This document shows, in pieces, positions 38,901 to 50,100 of a stretch of 64,000 nucleotides of DNA (positions are counted from its first letter, which is position 1; each line of letters opens with the position of its first letter). The stretch lies in contig OZ242195.1 of the NCBI GenBank assembly GCA_965205975.1, positions 1,568,001 through 1,632,000 on the forward strand. The letters are read 5' to 3'. This DNA comes from Candidatus Latescibacterota bacterium (GTDB lineage Bacteria; Latescibacterota; UBA2968). The position numbers and the translations under genes are program-made. The notes under the pieces were generated by a model. That model was not told the origin of the DNA. It did not search any database and worked only from the letters and a program-made list of their open reading frames with translations.

Positions 38901-41221
38901 AGCAACACGTTGGCGCGCAGGGTCGCGGCGTCGAGGCTGCTCTTGGGTGCGAGGCTGAAGGCGAGCCGGATGGAGAAGGCGGTGGAACCGTCGTGGGTGT
39001 CCGGAATGCGCTCGAATGCCACCGTCAGCTTTTCTTCCTTTACTACCTCCTCTTCCTCCTCTTCCTCCTCTTCCTCCGGCTCCTGCACGACGACCGGAGG
39101 CGTCTCCGGTACCACCGCCACCACCGACGCGGCGAGCGGTCGGTCGTCTTCCGTGCAGATCGCCCCGTCCGCCTCGCAGTCGTCCATCGCTGGCAACGTT
39201 ACCACCACGTTGCCCGAGCTGATCGGTTGGACGGTGATTCTCCAGCGCAGGTTATTGTCCCGTTCGATCCGCCCGGCCCTTATCACGTTCCCGTTCATGA
39301 CCGTGAACGCCGTACTGCGCAACGTCAGGTAGCTCACCGGCACCGACTCGCTGAAACGCAACTCGAAGGTGAATGGCTGCGTGCCGTGGCTCTCCGGCAG
39401 GTTGTGAAACGTCGCCGTCAACGCGTCGTCCTCCATCTGCTGCGTGGAGGTACCGGGCGACTGATTGGTCACCTCGTGGCCGCTCACCGCCGCGGCCGCG
39501 TTGCCCGCGATGTCCTGCAGCGGGTTGCTCGCCGGCACCGTATAGCTCACCGTCACGCTCTCCCCATGCACCACCGCCGTCGCTAGTGCCAGCGTCACCG
39601 TGCGCCCACTCACCGACACAGGTTCGCTGTCCGCCAGCACGCGCGACGCGCCCGCCACCGTCACCGCGAACGCAGAAGCGGGCGGCGGGTTCCCGTCCAG
39701 ATCCTCGCTGTACGTCAGCACCACGTACTGGCCGTTCGCCGTCGCCGAATGCAGCGTCGGCGCCGTGCTGTCCGACTCCGGGGTCAGGTTGCTCACCGTG
39801 TAGTCGCTCACCGCCGCGGCCGCGTTGCCCGCGATGTCCTGCAGCGGGTTGCTCGCCGGCACCGTATAGCTCACCGTCACGCTCTCCCCGTGTGCCACCG
39901 CCGTCGTCAGTGTCAGCGTCACCCGGCGCCCGCTCACCGCCACCGGATCGCTGTCCGTCAGCGCGCGCGACGCGCCCGCCACCGTCACCGCGAACGCAGA
40001 AGCGGGCGGCGGCGTATCCTCCTGCAGCCCCTCCGCGTAGGTGAGCACCAAGCTCGTTCCCGTCACTTCCGCCCGCCTCACCTCCGGCGCGGTCTCGTCG
40101 GGTGGGCCTCCGTACATGAATTCCCAATGGATCCGCTGCGACAGCTTGCGTCCGTCCGAGGTGCAGATCGCGCCTTCGGCCTCGCAGTCCGTGGTCACCG
40201 GCAGCACCACCCCCATACCCTTGTACGACAGCGGCAGGATCCAGAACACCCAGGTATTGTCCTCGCTGCCCAGCACCCGGTACGCGTTGGTGACTTCGGC
40301 GTTGGTGAGCTGGAAGGCGTGGTTTTTCATGTCCTCCGGCGTGATCGTCACCGGCCAACTGAAATCGATCCTAAGTTCGATCACCGTCGGCCCGAAGTGT
40401 ACGGGCTCGTACCCGTGGCGCGTCCCTGTCAGCGGAACGCTCAGCGGCCCTTCCACCCGCAACTCAGCGGCACTCGACAGCATGCGCCCGTCCCTCGCGC
40501 ACACCGCCCCCCAGGAGTCACACGACGTGGTGGGGGCCAGCGCAACCGTCACGTCCTGAACCGCCGTCGGTTCGATGGAGACCAGCCACTCGTCCGCCCG
40601 CCCGATCGTCATCGTCACCGACCGCACCCGCCCGTTTGTCACGCTCAGCGCCGGGCCGCGCTGCTTCGAGGGGGTAGTGACCGCGCTGCTGAAGTTCACA
40701 TAGACCTCGAACCGCTCCTGGCTATCGTGCGTGTCCGGCGCCCCCGAGAACCAGGCCGTCAGCGGCGGTACCGTCCCCTCCGGCACCGTCACCGTGGTCG
40801 CCGCCGCCAGCGGCCGCCGGTCGGCCGTACACACCGCGTCCGCGTCGTCGCAGTCGGTGGTGGCTGGCACCGTGATCTCCAGGTCCCCGCCGTGAGGCTC
40901 GATGGTGATTCTCCAGCGCGCGGTGAGGTCGTAGCCGTTGACATGTACCATGTCGCTGGCCCGCTGCGCCCGCGTCACCTGCCCATTGGTCACGCTCAGC
41001 AGGCGGTCGCGCACCGTCTTCCAGCTGGCGCTGACTGGCTCACTGAATGCCAGGTCCACGACAATGACCCGGCCCTCGTGCGCGTCCGGTGCTCCCTCAA
41101 TCGCCGCCGTGAGGGGCTCGGCATGCGCTGGCACCGCAGGCCAAGCCAGCATCGCAAGTGCAGCACTGGCAAGCGCGAGCACCGCCGCACGCAGCGCGCT
41201 AAGTCTCAATAAATATCCCAT
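35903..41221 (-). CDS. Modular surface protein (1772 aa): Cys-loop Ig-like repeats, SwmB-like, Calx-beta, autotransporter-like barrel
   Basis: Signal peptide ...VPAHA|E; C-terminal ~480 aa nearly identical to the 3826-aa protein. Confidence 0.9.
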   Translation of the reverse strand: MGYLLRLSALRAAVLALASAALAMLAWPAVPAHAEPLTAAIEGAPDAHEGRVIVVDLAFSEPVSASWKTVRDRLLSVTNGQVTRAQRASDMVHVNGYDLTARWRITIEPHGGDLEITVPATTDCDDADAVCTADRRPLAAATTVTVPEGTVPPLTAWFSGAPDTHDSQERFEVYVNFSSAVTTPSKQRGPALSVTNGRVRSVTMTIGRADEWLVSIEPTAVQDVTVALAPTTSCDSWGAVCARDGRMLSSAAELRVEGPLSVPLTGTRHGYEPVHFGPTVIELRIDFSWPVTITPEDMKNHAFQLTNAEVTNAYRVLGSEDNTWVFWILPLSYKGMGVVLPVTTDCEAEGAICTSDGRKLSQRIHWEFMYGGPPDETAPEVRRAEVTGTSLVLTYAEGLQEDTPPPASAFAVTVAGASRALTDSDPVAVSGRRVTLTLTTAVAHGESVTVSYTVPASNPLQDIAGNAAAAVSDYTVSNLTPESDSTAPTLHSATANGQYVVLTYSEDLDGNPPPASAFAVTVAGASRVLADSEPVSVSGRTVTLALATAVVHGESVTVSYTVPASNPLQDIAGNAAAAVSGHEVTNQSPGTSTQQMEDDALTATFHNLPESHGTQPFTFELRFSESVPVSYLTLRSTAFTVMNGNVIRAGRIERDNNLRWRITVQPISSGNVVVTLPAMDDCEADGAICTEDDRPLAASVVAVVPETPPVVVQEPEEEEEEEEEEVVKEEKLTVAFERIPDTHDGSTAFSIRLAFSLAPKSSLDAATLRANVLLMSLGYRDIRATRVYKIGDDSGRRWHFDVPFMPFYENSKHEDIVVSVGPTQNCEDEGAVCTEEGLKLSNQITKRIKGPPGVSVRDTRANEDRNATADVRVTLSRASAGSVTVDYATADGTAIAGQDYISTSGTLTFAAGESEATVSVPLLNDNFDDGGETFTLQFSNPAGGGSHIVDGTAVVTISDNDTESPLSGEFHDLPDTHSDEAFTFELRFSEQISLSYRTLQDGVQVTGGAVTGVSRFEADNNRRWRIRVEPEVGADVSIVLPETTDCTASDAICTSDNRPLAAAVSGVVPGEPFTVRFEDVPATHDGSNEVELRLVFNKNPEGLSYRTLQEHALKMRQSNVPGRVRVRREDSARNDRWVVVIQPIAHTDMEVSIGPSGSCSDEGAVCMPNGEALSNTATAEIKGPPAFRVADARVTEAAGATVDFAVTLSRASSETVTVDYATANGSARAGSDYTQATGTLTFAVGETATTVAVAVLDDAIDEGEETFKLTLTNASGGDVWIDDGDATGTIVNIDPMPKGLLARFGRTAALQVVEYVEERLQARRESGFEGRLAGHQLRGAEDMVTDVADRFVYGLGGLRYGDDVDRDFGLSGVLRSLFRTGDVLTGSSFTLNREMDRGGVFSFWSRGARSSFFGREDDLGLDGTVRTAMLGTDYAKGPFLVGLSLSRSWGLGSYTGGVGGGRVASSVTGLYPWLGYRLTDRMTVWAVGGYGVGDMLLSQEDALQLSAGLSMSLAAVGTRGELIGSGGNGFRLSYKADALWVGTSSGAVSGSSGNLAATRSVVSRVRTALEGSHVLTFRSRLSLSPSVMVGLRHDGGDAETGSGLDIAGGLVVSDPLTGLEVDMRVRTLLVHEAEGYGERGMAVSFSYNPSPSTPLGLTMRVSPSWGDQATSGAEALWGRPTMSGIAGGSYTLGNRLDADLGYGLALGRRFVGTPRLGFATSVQGRDYRVGYGISAPVNEGLRFELGVDAHRRASPLSIGADHGIVGRATIGW

Positions 41222-41267
41222 AATCGATTGCTCCTCTTCAAGATTGATTTAAAACCGAATAGACGCG

Positions 41268-44200
41268 CTATTTCAGCAGCAAAAGACGGCGTACCTGCAC
41301 CTCCTGTGCACTGGACAACCGATACAGATAGATCCCACTGGCAACGGGCGCACCATTATCGTTGCGCCCATTCCAGACCACCCGATAGCGACCAGCCGAC
41401 TGGACCTCCTGCACCAGAGTCCGTATCCGCTGTCCCAGAATATTGTAAATCGCCAACTCTACAGCACCCGACGTGGATAGGCGATAGGCGATATGCGTCT
41501 CGGGATTAAACGGATTCGGATAATTCGCTTCCAGTCCGAAGGTCAGACTCGGCACTATGGGCTTAGACGACTGTGACTCGACGACTGTGATCGTAGCCTG
41601 ACCGCTCCAGTCGCCAGCAGTGCCGTTGTATCGGGCGCGTATCTTCACCTTGTATTCCTCACCCGCCTCCAGACCCGTAATCGCGTAGGAAGGTTCGGTG
41701 GGATAGGCGTTGCCAGTGTTGTCGGTCCAGGTCTTGAAGGACTCATCGACCTTAGCCCACATTATGCGGTAATCGGCTGGAGACTCGCTGGGCGCCTCCC
41801 AGGATGCCTGGATCGTTGCTGGGGTCGCTGCCGTCAGGGTAATCGTTCCGATGTCGCGGGCACCGCGCGGTTCTTCCGGCTCCAGCACAACGGTATTGCT
41901 CGGGGGTGGGTTGTTGACAGGCGGCTCGTCGTCCTCCGGCCCCACGACCGTCGCCGAGACCGCCGCCGATAGCGGGCGATTATCGCCGGTGCAGACAGCC
42001 CCTGTGGCCGTGCAGTCGGTCGTCGCCACCAGCGTGATCGTTACGTCCTCGTCGCCGTCGGGCACGACCGTCACATTCCACGCCTGATTCTTCCCCGTTT
42101 CTTGGCGTCCTACCCCGGTGAGTTCTCCGTTGGTCACCTCCAGCGCGTGGTCTTGCAGCGTCGTGTAGCTCAGGCTGAACTCCTCGGAGAAGCGCAACGC
42201 AAAAGTGAACGCCGACTCGTCGTGGGAAGCCGGCATATTCTCGAAGCGGGCCGTCAGCGGTACGGCCGGCTGGTTGTCAGGCGGAGACTCGGCGACGGTG
42301 ATGGTGGCTTGGCCGCTCCAGCCCCCTGCAGTGCCGTTGTATGAAGCGCGCATCTTCACCTTGTATTCTTCTCCCGCCTCCAGACCCGTAATTGTGTAGG
42401 AAGGTTCGGTGGGGTAGGCGTTGCCGGACGGGTCGGTCCAGGTGAGGAAGTTTTCGCCGACCTTAGCCCATGCGATGCGGTAGTTGGCCGGCGTCTCCGT
42501 TGGCTCCTCCCAGGCGGCCTGGATGGTTCCAGGGGTGTCTGCTGTCAGGGTAATCGTTCCGATGTCGCGGGAACCGCGCGGTTCTTCTGGCTCCAGCACG
42601 ACGGTATTGCTCTCGGGTGGGTCCTCCTCCTCCGGTTCCGCCGTAGGCTCCGTGCCCCCATGGGACAGATCCGCCACAAGCCCGCTCGCTCGCGAAGCGA
42701 TTGTCCCACCGCTCGCCCCCAAGCTGTTCGCAGTGATCCCGATCTGGGTGTGCCTTGCCTGTTCGTCGGCCACCTCATGGACGAACACCAGCGTGGCGCT
42801 CCCAGAACCGGACGCAAGACCCAGTATGGCCGGCCCGCCGGCGATCGTGATCCCAAGGGTCGCAGCGCCCCCCTTAAACGACACCGCCTCGTTGAAGGCG
42901 ACGCGCACCTCGATGGTCTCGCCATGCGTCCAGATGCCGTCGCCCGACGCGTCTGCGACCAGTTCCACACCGGTCACGTACGGCACTGTCGCGAAATCGA
43001 GTTCCGCCTCTTGGTCGTTGTTGTCGCCGAGCACGGTGCCGTTCAACGACAGCCCATTGGCTGCCACCCGCGCCTTCCGCGCTCCAGCATCCGCGGCCGT
43101 CACCGCGTAGCTAAACCGCAAGAGGGCGCTGCCCGAACCTCCTGTGTAATCGGCTTCCCTCCGGGTTCCGTCGAGCAGAATCCCAAGCATCGGGCCGACG
43201 CCCACCGGTCCGGTGACCGCCACCGGACCGCTGAACCGCACCTCGGCCACGACCGTCTCACCGGTGTCCCAGACCCCGTTGCTGCCCGGATCAGAGGTCA
43301 CTGACACCTCCGTCACGTACGGCACGGGCTTCGGCCCCAGCACCGTCGCGGACACGGCCTCGGCAAGGCCGCGGTCGTCCTCGGTGCAGAGCGCACCGGT
43401 CTCGGTGCAGCTTTCCTTGGGCTGAAGCGCGATCGTCACCTCGGCCTGGGACGACGGCTCCACCGTGATCGTCCAGGTCTGGCTCTTGCCTTCCTCGACC
43501 TGCTCGGCTCCCGTCACCTGACCGTTCGTTACATCCAACGCCGAGTCGCGCAGGACGGCCGCGTCCACCGGAAACTCCTCGCTGAACGCCAACCGGAAGG
43601 TGAACGCCGTTTCCGCGTGGTGGGTGGGCACAGACTCGAAGGTGGCCGTGACCGGCTCGCCGGGTACCCGTTGGGCTTCGGGGACGCGGGTGGTAATCGT
43701 GGTCGAAGCCGCGAGGTTGCCCGAGGGGTCTTGCAGCGGGTTGGTCAGCAGTATCGTGTAGCGCACCGTCACTGGCTGCCCGGCTGCCACCGCTGAGGCA
43801 AACGTCAGCGTCACGGTCGATCCGCTTACTACAACCGGATCGGTCTCGGCTAGGCTTTGCGCTTGGTCTGCCACCGTCACCGCAAACGCCGCCGCCACGG
43901 GTGTCGAGGTCTCGTCGAGCGCCTCACTGTAGGTCAGCACCACCGAGTCCGTACTCGCCGTAGCTTCCTCGAGCTCGGGTGCGGTGGTGTCTCCTTCCGG
44001 GGTGTGGTTGGTCACGGCCTGATCATTCAGGGCCGCCGCCGCGTTGCCCGCCCGGTCCTGAATCGGGTTCTCTGTCGGCACGCTGTAGCGCACCGTCACC
44101 GTGTCGCCGTGGGCGACCGCGGATGTGAGCGTCAGCCTGACCCGCCGCCCGTCCACGGCCACCGGATTGCTCGCCGCTAGGCTCCGCGGCTGGCCTCCCA

Positions 44201-47135
44201 CCGTCACCGTAAACGCTTCCACCGCAGGCGTGGAGGTCTCATCGAGCCCCTCGCGATACAATAACAAGAGGTGCGCGCCATCTACCTCCGCACGCAACAA
44301 CTCCGGCGCGGTCTCATCTACTGCGTTCGGATCCCTCGGCATGATATCCCACAGCACCCGGTTCGTCAGCGGCCGTCCATCCTCGGTGCAGATCGCCCCC
44401 TCGGCGGTGCAGTCGGTGGTCGGCAGTAACTCGACCCGTATCGTCTCGTTGTACAGCGGCTTGATCCGGAATACCCAGATCTTTGGCTGATTGCGTTTGG
44501 GGAACGCGTTCGTGGCCTCGCCGTTGGTAACCCGAACCGCCTGCTGGTACATAGCCTCGCGCGAGGTCGCCACCGGCCAGCTGAACTCGGCGTTGAGCGT
44601 GAACACCTTCGTGCCGTCGTGCCTGCCGACGTACGTCTGCCAATGCGCCGTCAGCGGAATGTTCGCCGGTCCGGTCACGCGGACCTCCGCACCGGATGAC
44701 AGCTTGCGCCCGTCCGGCGCGCACACCGCGTCCGCGTCGCCACAGGAGGCGGCGAGTGGGGCGAGCACCAGAACCACATCCTCGATCGATGTCGGCGCGA
44801 TGGTGAGCAGCCACCGGTCGCGGCGTCCGAGCTCGTGCTCGGCCGACCGTATCCGCCCCCAGGTTACGCTCAGCACTTTGGTGCGCATTGCCGTTTCGGT
44901 CACGTTGACTGGACCAGTGAAGTTGAGCCTCACCGTAAAGTCTTCCGATCCGTCATGCTCTTTCGGTGCCTCGGCGAATGCCGCTGTCAGCGGCGGCACA
45001 GTTCTCTCGGCAATCGTCGCCGTCACGGCTTCCATCATGGAACGGCCATCTTCCGTACACACCGCATCCTCGGCCTCGCAGTCCGTTGTCGCCGGCAGTT
45101 GGACTGTCACATCGCCGCCCGACGGCTCGATCGTGATCTCCCACTGCTTGTCCCCGTCGTTGCCGTGTCGGCGCGCCCGTGTCACCCGCCCGTTCGTCAC
45201 CCTCAGCAGGCGGTCGCGCATCGCAGTCCACGAGACGCTGACCGCTTCGCTGAAGCGCACGCGCAGCACGAATGGCGCACCATCATGCGTGTTCGGCACG
45301 CTTTCGAAACTCGCGGTCAGCAAGGGCCTCAGGAGGGTTTCAATCGTCGCCGAGGCGGCCGGATTGCCCGCGATGTCTCGTAGCGGATTCGAGGACGGCA
45401 CCGTATAGCTTGCGGTGACGGAATTGCCCCACGCCAGCGCCGAGCCGGTCAGCGTCAGCCATACTATGTTGCGCTCCAGCCGCACGCTCTCGATGCCGCG
45501 CGAAATCTCATTCACGGTCACCGCGAAGGCCCCCGGGGCAGGCGTAGAAGACGCGTCCAATATCTCGTCGAACACCAGCAACAGCGCGTTTCCGTCCTTA
45601 CTCGCCGACTTGAGTTCGGGACCGCCCTCCTCGTCGACGTCCGCGAGGGTGACGGTCAGGGTATCACCCACCGTGTTCGCACCGTCGCCCACCTGCACCA
45701 CCACTTCGTAGCTTCCGTCGCGATCGGTGTCGTCTGGTGTCTCGAAGTCCTTGGCAGTCCTGAAGGCGAGTGCGCTACCCTCGGTGAAGGTGAGGTGATC
45801 TGCATCCACACCGCCCTCGATGGACCAGACTAGGTCCTGGACCGGCGTGTCCCCGTCGGTCGCCGTCAAGGCGGCCACCGCGGTTTCCCCCTCGTACACC
45901 GTGAACGGACCGGTGCTGGTGATTATCGGTGGCTCAGTCACGAGAAGTGGCTCACTGTACACGGTCTGCTGGGTGTCGTCGGTGTAGATGGCGCGTACCT
46001 TGAGCGACTTGCCTTGGTCGGACGGCCTGATGGTGTATTCGGTCCCGGTGGCTCCGGCAATCTCCGCAAAGGAATCGCCGTCGCCGTCGCTGACCAGCCA
46101 TTGCCACTGGAACGTCGGAATGGTTAATCCGTCCTGGTCATGGATGCCGGTGGCGGATGCGATCAGCGTACGACCCACATTCGCACTGCCCGTCACGGTG
46201 ATCGAGGGAGCATCCACCAACTGGTATACCCGGACCCAGTCCACCAGGGCCTCGTTGGGGAACGTACCGGTATGTGCGTTGCCCGCGAACCAACTCACCC
46301 CGGTGGACAGAATGACGTATCCGTCACTGTGGGATACGGCATCGAACATCTGCTCCTTCCGTTGTCCGTCTGCGTAGAAGGTGTAGCTGTCCGGTGTCCA
46401 CGCGAGCCCGTAGACGTGGAACTGTCCGCCGTGTATCGGAGGGAACTCGGCCTCCTCGACGAGACTGCGGCCGCCGTCCCAATGAACGGCCATGGCATAG
46501 CGGTCGGTAGTGTACACCGACTCGAGGATGTCGATTTCGGCTCCGTCGGAGGGCCCGTCGACACCGCCGTTACTGGCCTTTTTGTTCCGGTTGTCGTTCT
46601 GCAGCCAGAAGGCCGTGTGGACGCCGTCCCCGGTGGGGGCGATCCTGATGCTGGCCTCGAAGTAGCCGTAGGTCTGCTCGAACTTGCCCTTGGTGTCGAT
46701 CGCGGCGGCCTTGACCAGGTCGTATTCATCACCCAACTGCCGGGTATTGCGCAGTACCAGGTGGCTGTTCGCGATACTGACGTTGTCGTGCTCGTATCGC
46801 CACTTGATCCGGTGACCGTTGTGCGAGCGGTCACCTCGAAACGCCTCACTCCGGTGATTCCATTTAGACTCATCGAGCGCGGTGCCGTCGAAGTCCTCAC
46901 TCCACGCAAGGACCCAGCGCTTGCCGTAAGGGGGAGGGGGAAGCTGTGCGTCGGCAGCCCGCGGCTGGAGGAACAGGGACAGCGGTATCACCCACGCAAC
47001 AAGGACCCAGGCACGGGTCCTAGGATGCGAGAATCGCGAGACGTTCCAACGAGATAGCATATTGTCTGTCATTCCCTGAACGGTGAACGGTCTATTTGTT
47101 CGCCGGATGGCCAGCGATCTACTCACATACCCCAT
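41268..47135 (-). CDS. GH16-tipped modular surface protein (1955 aa) with FlgD-Ig/T9SS-like CTD
   Basis: WSEDFDG, YGYFEASI, EIDILE, FHVYGLAW, VDWVRVYQ; cadherin, SwmB-like, fn3; NYPNPFNP...LLLLK tail. Confidence 0.9.
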   Translation of the reverse strand: MGYVSRSLAIRRTNRPFTVQGMTDNMLSRWNVSRFSHPRTRAWVLVAWVIPLSLFLQPRAADAQLPPPPYGKRWVLAWSEDFDGTALDESKWNHRSEAFRGDRSHNGHRIKWRYEHDNVSIANSHLVLRNTRQLGDEYDLVKAAAIDTKGKFEQTYGYFEASIRIAPTGDGVHTAFWLQNDNRNKKASNGGVDGPSDGAEIDILESVYTTDRYAMAVHWDGGRSLVEEAEFPPIHGGQFHVYGLAWTPDSYTFYADGQRKEQMFDAVSHSDGYVILSTGVSWFAGNAHTGTFPNEALVDWVRVYQLVDAPSITVTGSANVGRTLIASATGIHDQDGLTIPTFQWQWLVSDGDGDSFAEIAGATGTEYTIRPSDQGKSLKVRAIYTDDTQQTVYSEPLLVTEPPIITSTGPFTVYEGETAVAALTATDGDTPVQDLVWSIEGGVDADHLTFTEGSALAFRTAKDFETPDDTDRDGSYEVVVQVGDGANTVGDTLTVTLADVDEEGGPELKSASKDGNALLLVFDEILDASSTPAPGAFAVTVNEISRGIESVRLERNIVWLTLTGSALAWGNSVTASYTVPSSNPLRDIAGNPAASATIETLLRPLLTASFESVPNTHDGAPFVLRVRFSEAVSVSWTAMRDRLLRVTNGRVTRARRHGNDGDKQWEITIEPSGGDVTVQLPATTDCEAEDAVCTEDGRSMMEAVTATIAERTVPPLTAAFAEAPKEHDGSEDFTVRLNFTGPVNVTETAMRTKVLSVTWGRIRSAEHELGRRDRWLLTIAPTSIEDVVLVLAPLAASCGDADAVCAPDGRKLSSGAEVRVTGPANIPLTAHWQTYVGRHDGTKVFTLNAEFSWPVATSREAMYQQAVRVTNGEATNAFPKRNQPKIWVFRIKPLYNETIRVELLPTTDCTAEGAICTEDGRPLTNRVLWDIMPRDPNAVDETAPELLRAEVDGAHLLLLYREGLDETSTPAVEAFTVTVGGQPRSLAASNPVAVDGRRVRLTLTSAVAHGDTVTVRYSVPTENPIQDRAGNAAAALNDQAVTNHTPEGDTTAPELEEATASTDSVVLTYSEALDETSTPVAAAFAVTVADQAQSLAETDPVVVSGSTVTLTFASAVAAGQPVTVRYTILLTNPLQDPSGNLAASTTITTRVPEAQRVPGEPVTATFESVPTHHAETAFTFRLAFSEEFPVDAAVLRDSALDVTNGQVTGAEQVEEGKSQTWTITVEPSSQAEVTIALQPKESCTETGALCTEDDRGLAEAVSATVLGPKPVPYVTEVSVTSDPGSNGVWDTGETVVAEVRFSGPVAVTGPVGVGPMLGILLDGTRREADYTGGSGSALLRFSYAVTAADAGARKARVAANGLSLNGTVLGDNNDQEAELDFATVPYVTGVELVADASGDGIWTHGETIEVRVAFNEAVSFKGGAATLGITIAGGPAILGLASGSGSATLVFVHEVADEQARHTQIGITANSLGASGGTIASRASGLVADLSHGGTEPTAEPEEEDPPESNTVVLEPEEPRGSRDIGTITLTADTPGTIQAAWEEPTETPANYRIAWAKVGENFLTWTDPSGNAYPTEPSYTITGLEAGEEYKVKMRASYNGTAGGWSGQATITVAESPPDNQPAVPLTARFENMPASHDESAFTFALRFSEEFSLSYTTLQDHALEVTNGELTGVGRQETGKNQAWNVTVVPDGDEDVTITLVATTDCTATGAVCTGDNRPLSAAVSATVVGPEDDEPPVNNPPPSNTVVLEPEEPRGARDIGTITLTAATPATIQASWEAPSESPADYRIMWAKVDESFKTWTDNTGNAYPTEPSYAITGLEAGEEYKVKIRARYNGTAGDWSGQATITVVESQSSKPIVPSLTFGLEANYPNPFNPETHIAYRLSTSGAVELAIYNILGQRIRTLVQEVQSAGRYRVVWNGRNDNGAPVASGIYLYRLSSAQEVQVRRLLLLK

Positions 47136-47189
47136 TGTCGTTTATCTCCTTTCCCAATGATTAGACAGGCTCCAGCGTAGATAGACGCG

Positions 47190-50100
47190 CTATTTCAGCA
47201 GCAAAAGACGGCGTACCTGCACCTCCTGTGCACTGGACAACCGATACAGATAGATCCCACTGGCAACGGGCGCACCATTATCGTTGCGCCCATTCCAGAC
47301 CACCCGATAGCGACCAGCCGACTGGACCTCCTGCACCAGAGTCCGTATCCGCTGTCCCAGAATATTGTAAATCGCCAACTCTACAGCACCCGACGTGGAT
47401 AGGCGATAGGCGATATGCGTCTCGGGATTAAACGGATTCGGATAATTCGCCTCCAGCCCGAAGGTCAGACTCGGCACTATGGGCTTAGACGACTGTGACT
47501 CGACGACTGTGATCGTAGCCTGACCGCTCCAGTCGCCAGCAGTGCCGTTGTATCGGGCGCGTATCTTCACCTTGTATTCCTCACCCGCCTCCAGACCCGT
47601 AATCGCGTAGGAAGGTTCGGTGGGATAGGCGTTGCCAGTGTTGTCGGTCCAGGTCTTGTAACCCTCGTCCTGCTTTGCCCATGTTATGCGGTAGTTGGCC
47701 GGAGCCTCCGTTGGCGCCTCCCAGGATGCCTGGATCGTTGCTGGGGTCGCTGCCGTCAGGGTAATCGTTCCGATGTCGCGGGAACCGCGCGGTTCTTCCG
47801 GCTCCAGCACAACGGTATTCTCCTGAGGTGGATCGTTGGCGGGTGATTCTGCGACCGTGATGGTGGCCTGACCGCTCCAGTCGCCAGCGGTGCCGCTATA
47901 TGAGGCGCGTATCTTCACCTTGTATTCTTCTCCCGCCTCCAGACCCGTAATCGCGTAGGAAGGTTCGGTGGGATAGGCGTTGCCGGTGTTGTCGGTCCAG
48001 GTCTTGAAACCCTCGCCCTGCTTTGCCCATGCTATGCGATAGTTGGCCGGTGCTTCACTGGGTGCCTCCCAACTGGCCTGGATGGTTCCCGGCTGAGAAC
48101 TGACCAGAGTGATCCTTCCTATGTCGCGAGTGCCACGCTGCTCGGGTGGCTCCAGCACAACGGTATTCTCCTGAGGTGGATCCGCAGGAATGTTCTGGAC
48201 TGTGACGATAACCGTGTCAGAGTCTGTGGCGCCGTGCTCGTCGGTGGCAGTAAGCGTAAAGGTGATGGTGGCATCAGAGTCCACCTGGGGCGCAGTAAAT
48301 GTAGCAGAGAGAGCTGCTGGGTCATCCAGCGAGAGGTCCAGATCATCCTGGTCGTGGGTCCACTGGTAGGTCAGATTATCGTTGTCAGGGTCAGAGGCTG
48401 TTCCGGACAGCGTCACCTCAGAGCCTTCCTGAACGGTCTGGTCAGATCCGGCGTCGGCAGTCGGCGCTTCGTTGGATGGAGACCCTGTGACCGTGATGGT
48501 GGCCTCGCCGCTCCAGCCTCCGGAGGTGCCGCTATATGAGGCGCGTATCTTCACCTTGTATTCTTCTCCCGCCTCCAGACCCGTGATGGTGTAGGAAGGT
48601 TCGGTGGGATAGGCGTTGCCGGTGTTGTCGGTCCAGGTCTTGTAACCCTCGCCCTGCTTTGCCCATGTTATGCGGTAGTTGGCCGGAGCCTCCGTTGGTG
48701 CTTCCCAGGAGGCCTGGATGGTTCCGGGCGTGTCTGCCGTCAGGGTAATGGTTCCGATGTCGCGGGCACCGCGCGGTTCTTCCGGCTCCAGCACAACGGT
48801 ATTGCTCGGGGGTGGGTCGCTGTCATCCTCCGGTTCCGCCGTAGGCTCCGTGCCCTCGTGGGACAGGTCCGCCACGATGCCGGTCGCTCGCGACACGATT
48901 TTCCCACCGGTCGATCCGAGGCTGTTCTCCGTGATCGCGATCCGGATGTGCCTTGCCTCTTCGTCCGCCACCTCCTGTCCAAATACCAGCGTTGCAGTTC
49001 CGGAACCGGACGCAAGGGCGAGTACCGCCGGCCCGCCGGAGATCGTTACCCAAAGAGTCAGGCTGCCCTTCACGGACACCGGCTCGCTGAAGGTGACGCG
49101 CGCCTCGATGCTCTCTCCGTGTGTCCAGGCGCGGTCGCCCGACTCGTCCGCGACCAGTTCCACGGCGGTCACGTAGGGCGCGACCGGCGGTGTTCCCAGC
49201 ACCGTTCCCAAAAGTGCTGCAGACCACTCCCCATCGCCTTCCGAGCTCGTCGCCCTTACCCGCACCTCATATTTAGCTCCCTCCACCAGCCCCGATATTT
49301 TCGCGCGGGTCTCCGCCACATCCTGCGGTCCGTCTCTGAACGGGTCGCCGGCCGGCCACCCCACCAGGCGGTAGCCCAGGTCGTAGTGCAGAATGTCCGG
49401 TTTGCCCGAGTTTGCCGGGGCGAGCCACGACACCGTCAAACTCTCGCGGTCCCGCGACTCCAGCGTCGGCGCGGCCAGGCTGTCGGGTGGTTCGTCCTGA
49501 TTCGAGACCGTGATCGTCAGTCCGTGCTCGGCGCTATCCTCACCGTCCCGCACAATGATCGAAAGCGCGTGCTCGCTGGCCTTCTCGAAGTCCAGCACCG
49601 CCTTCGTCCTCAGCTGCGCAGTCGTCGAATCAATCGCGAAATCGTCCTTGCCGGGCCCGTCCAGAGAATAGGTCAACGCAGCGTTCGGATCCGTGCGGGA
49701 CGCGGTGAAGGGTTCGCCGATCTTCGTGTCCGTTGGCGTATTCTCGGCGACTGACAGCGTCACCGGCAGACCTGCGTCGAATACGAGCGGACGTTCAACG
49801 CGTGCGCCCAGGATCTTCATCTTCATTACATAGTCTCTGGTGCTCCATTCAATCCAGCCGGTTTGCTTCCAATGACTGTCGTCTGCAATCCGCCAGGCGT
49901 CCGTTCCGGATTCGGCGCCACTGTTGGTCGCCTCGATCTTGAACCATCGCTCAGTGCCTGAAGTGTGCAATGCGAACTGGATCACATAGTCGGTATTGGG
50001 CTGAAGAATCCTGCTCTCCTCCGACGTACCATCGACAGGTACGAACGTCACCGGGCCGCCGTCGCCGAGGAACTTGCCGTACGTCGTTGGATTCTCGAAA

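Noticed and set aside
39047..39076. Phase-variable simple repeat (poly-Glu)
   Set aside because: In-frame mixed GAA/GAG linker; slippage would not change frame
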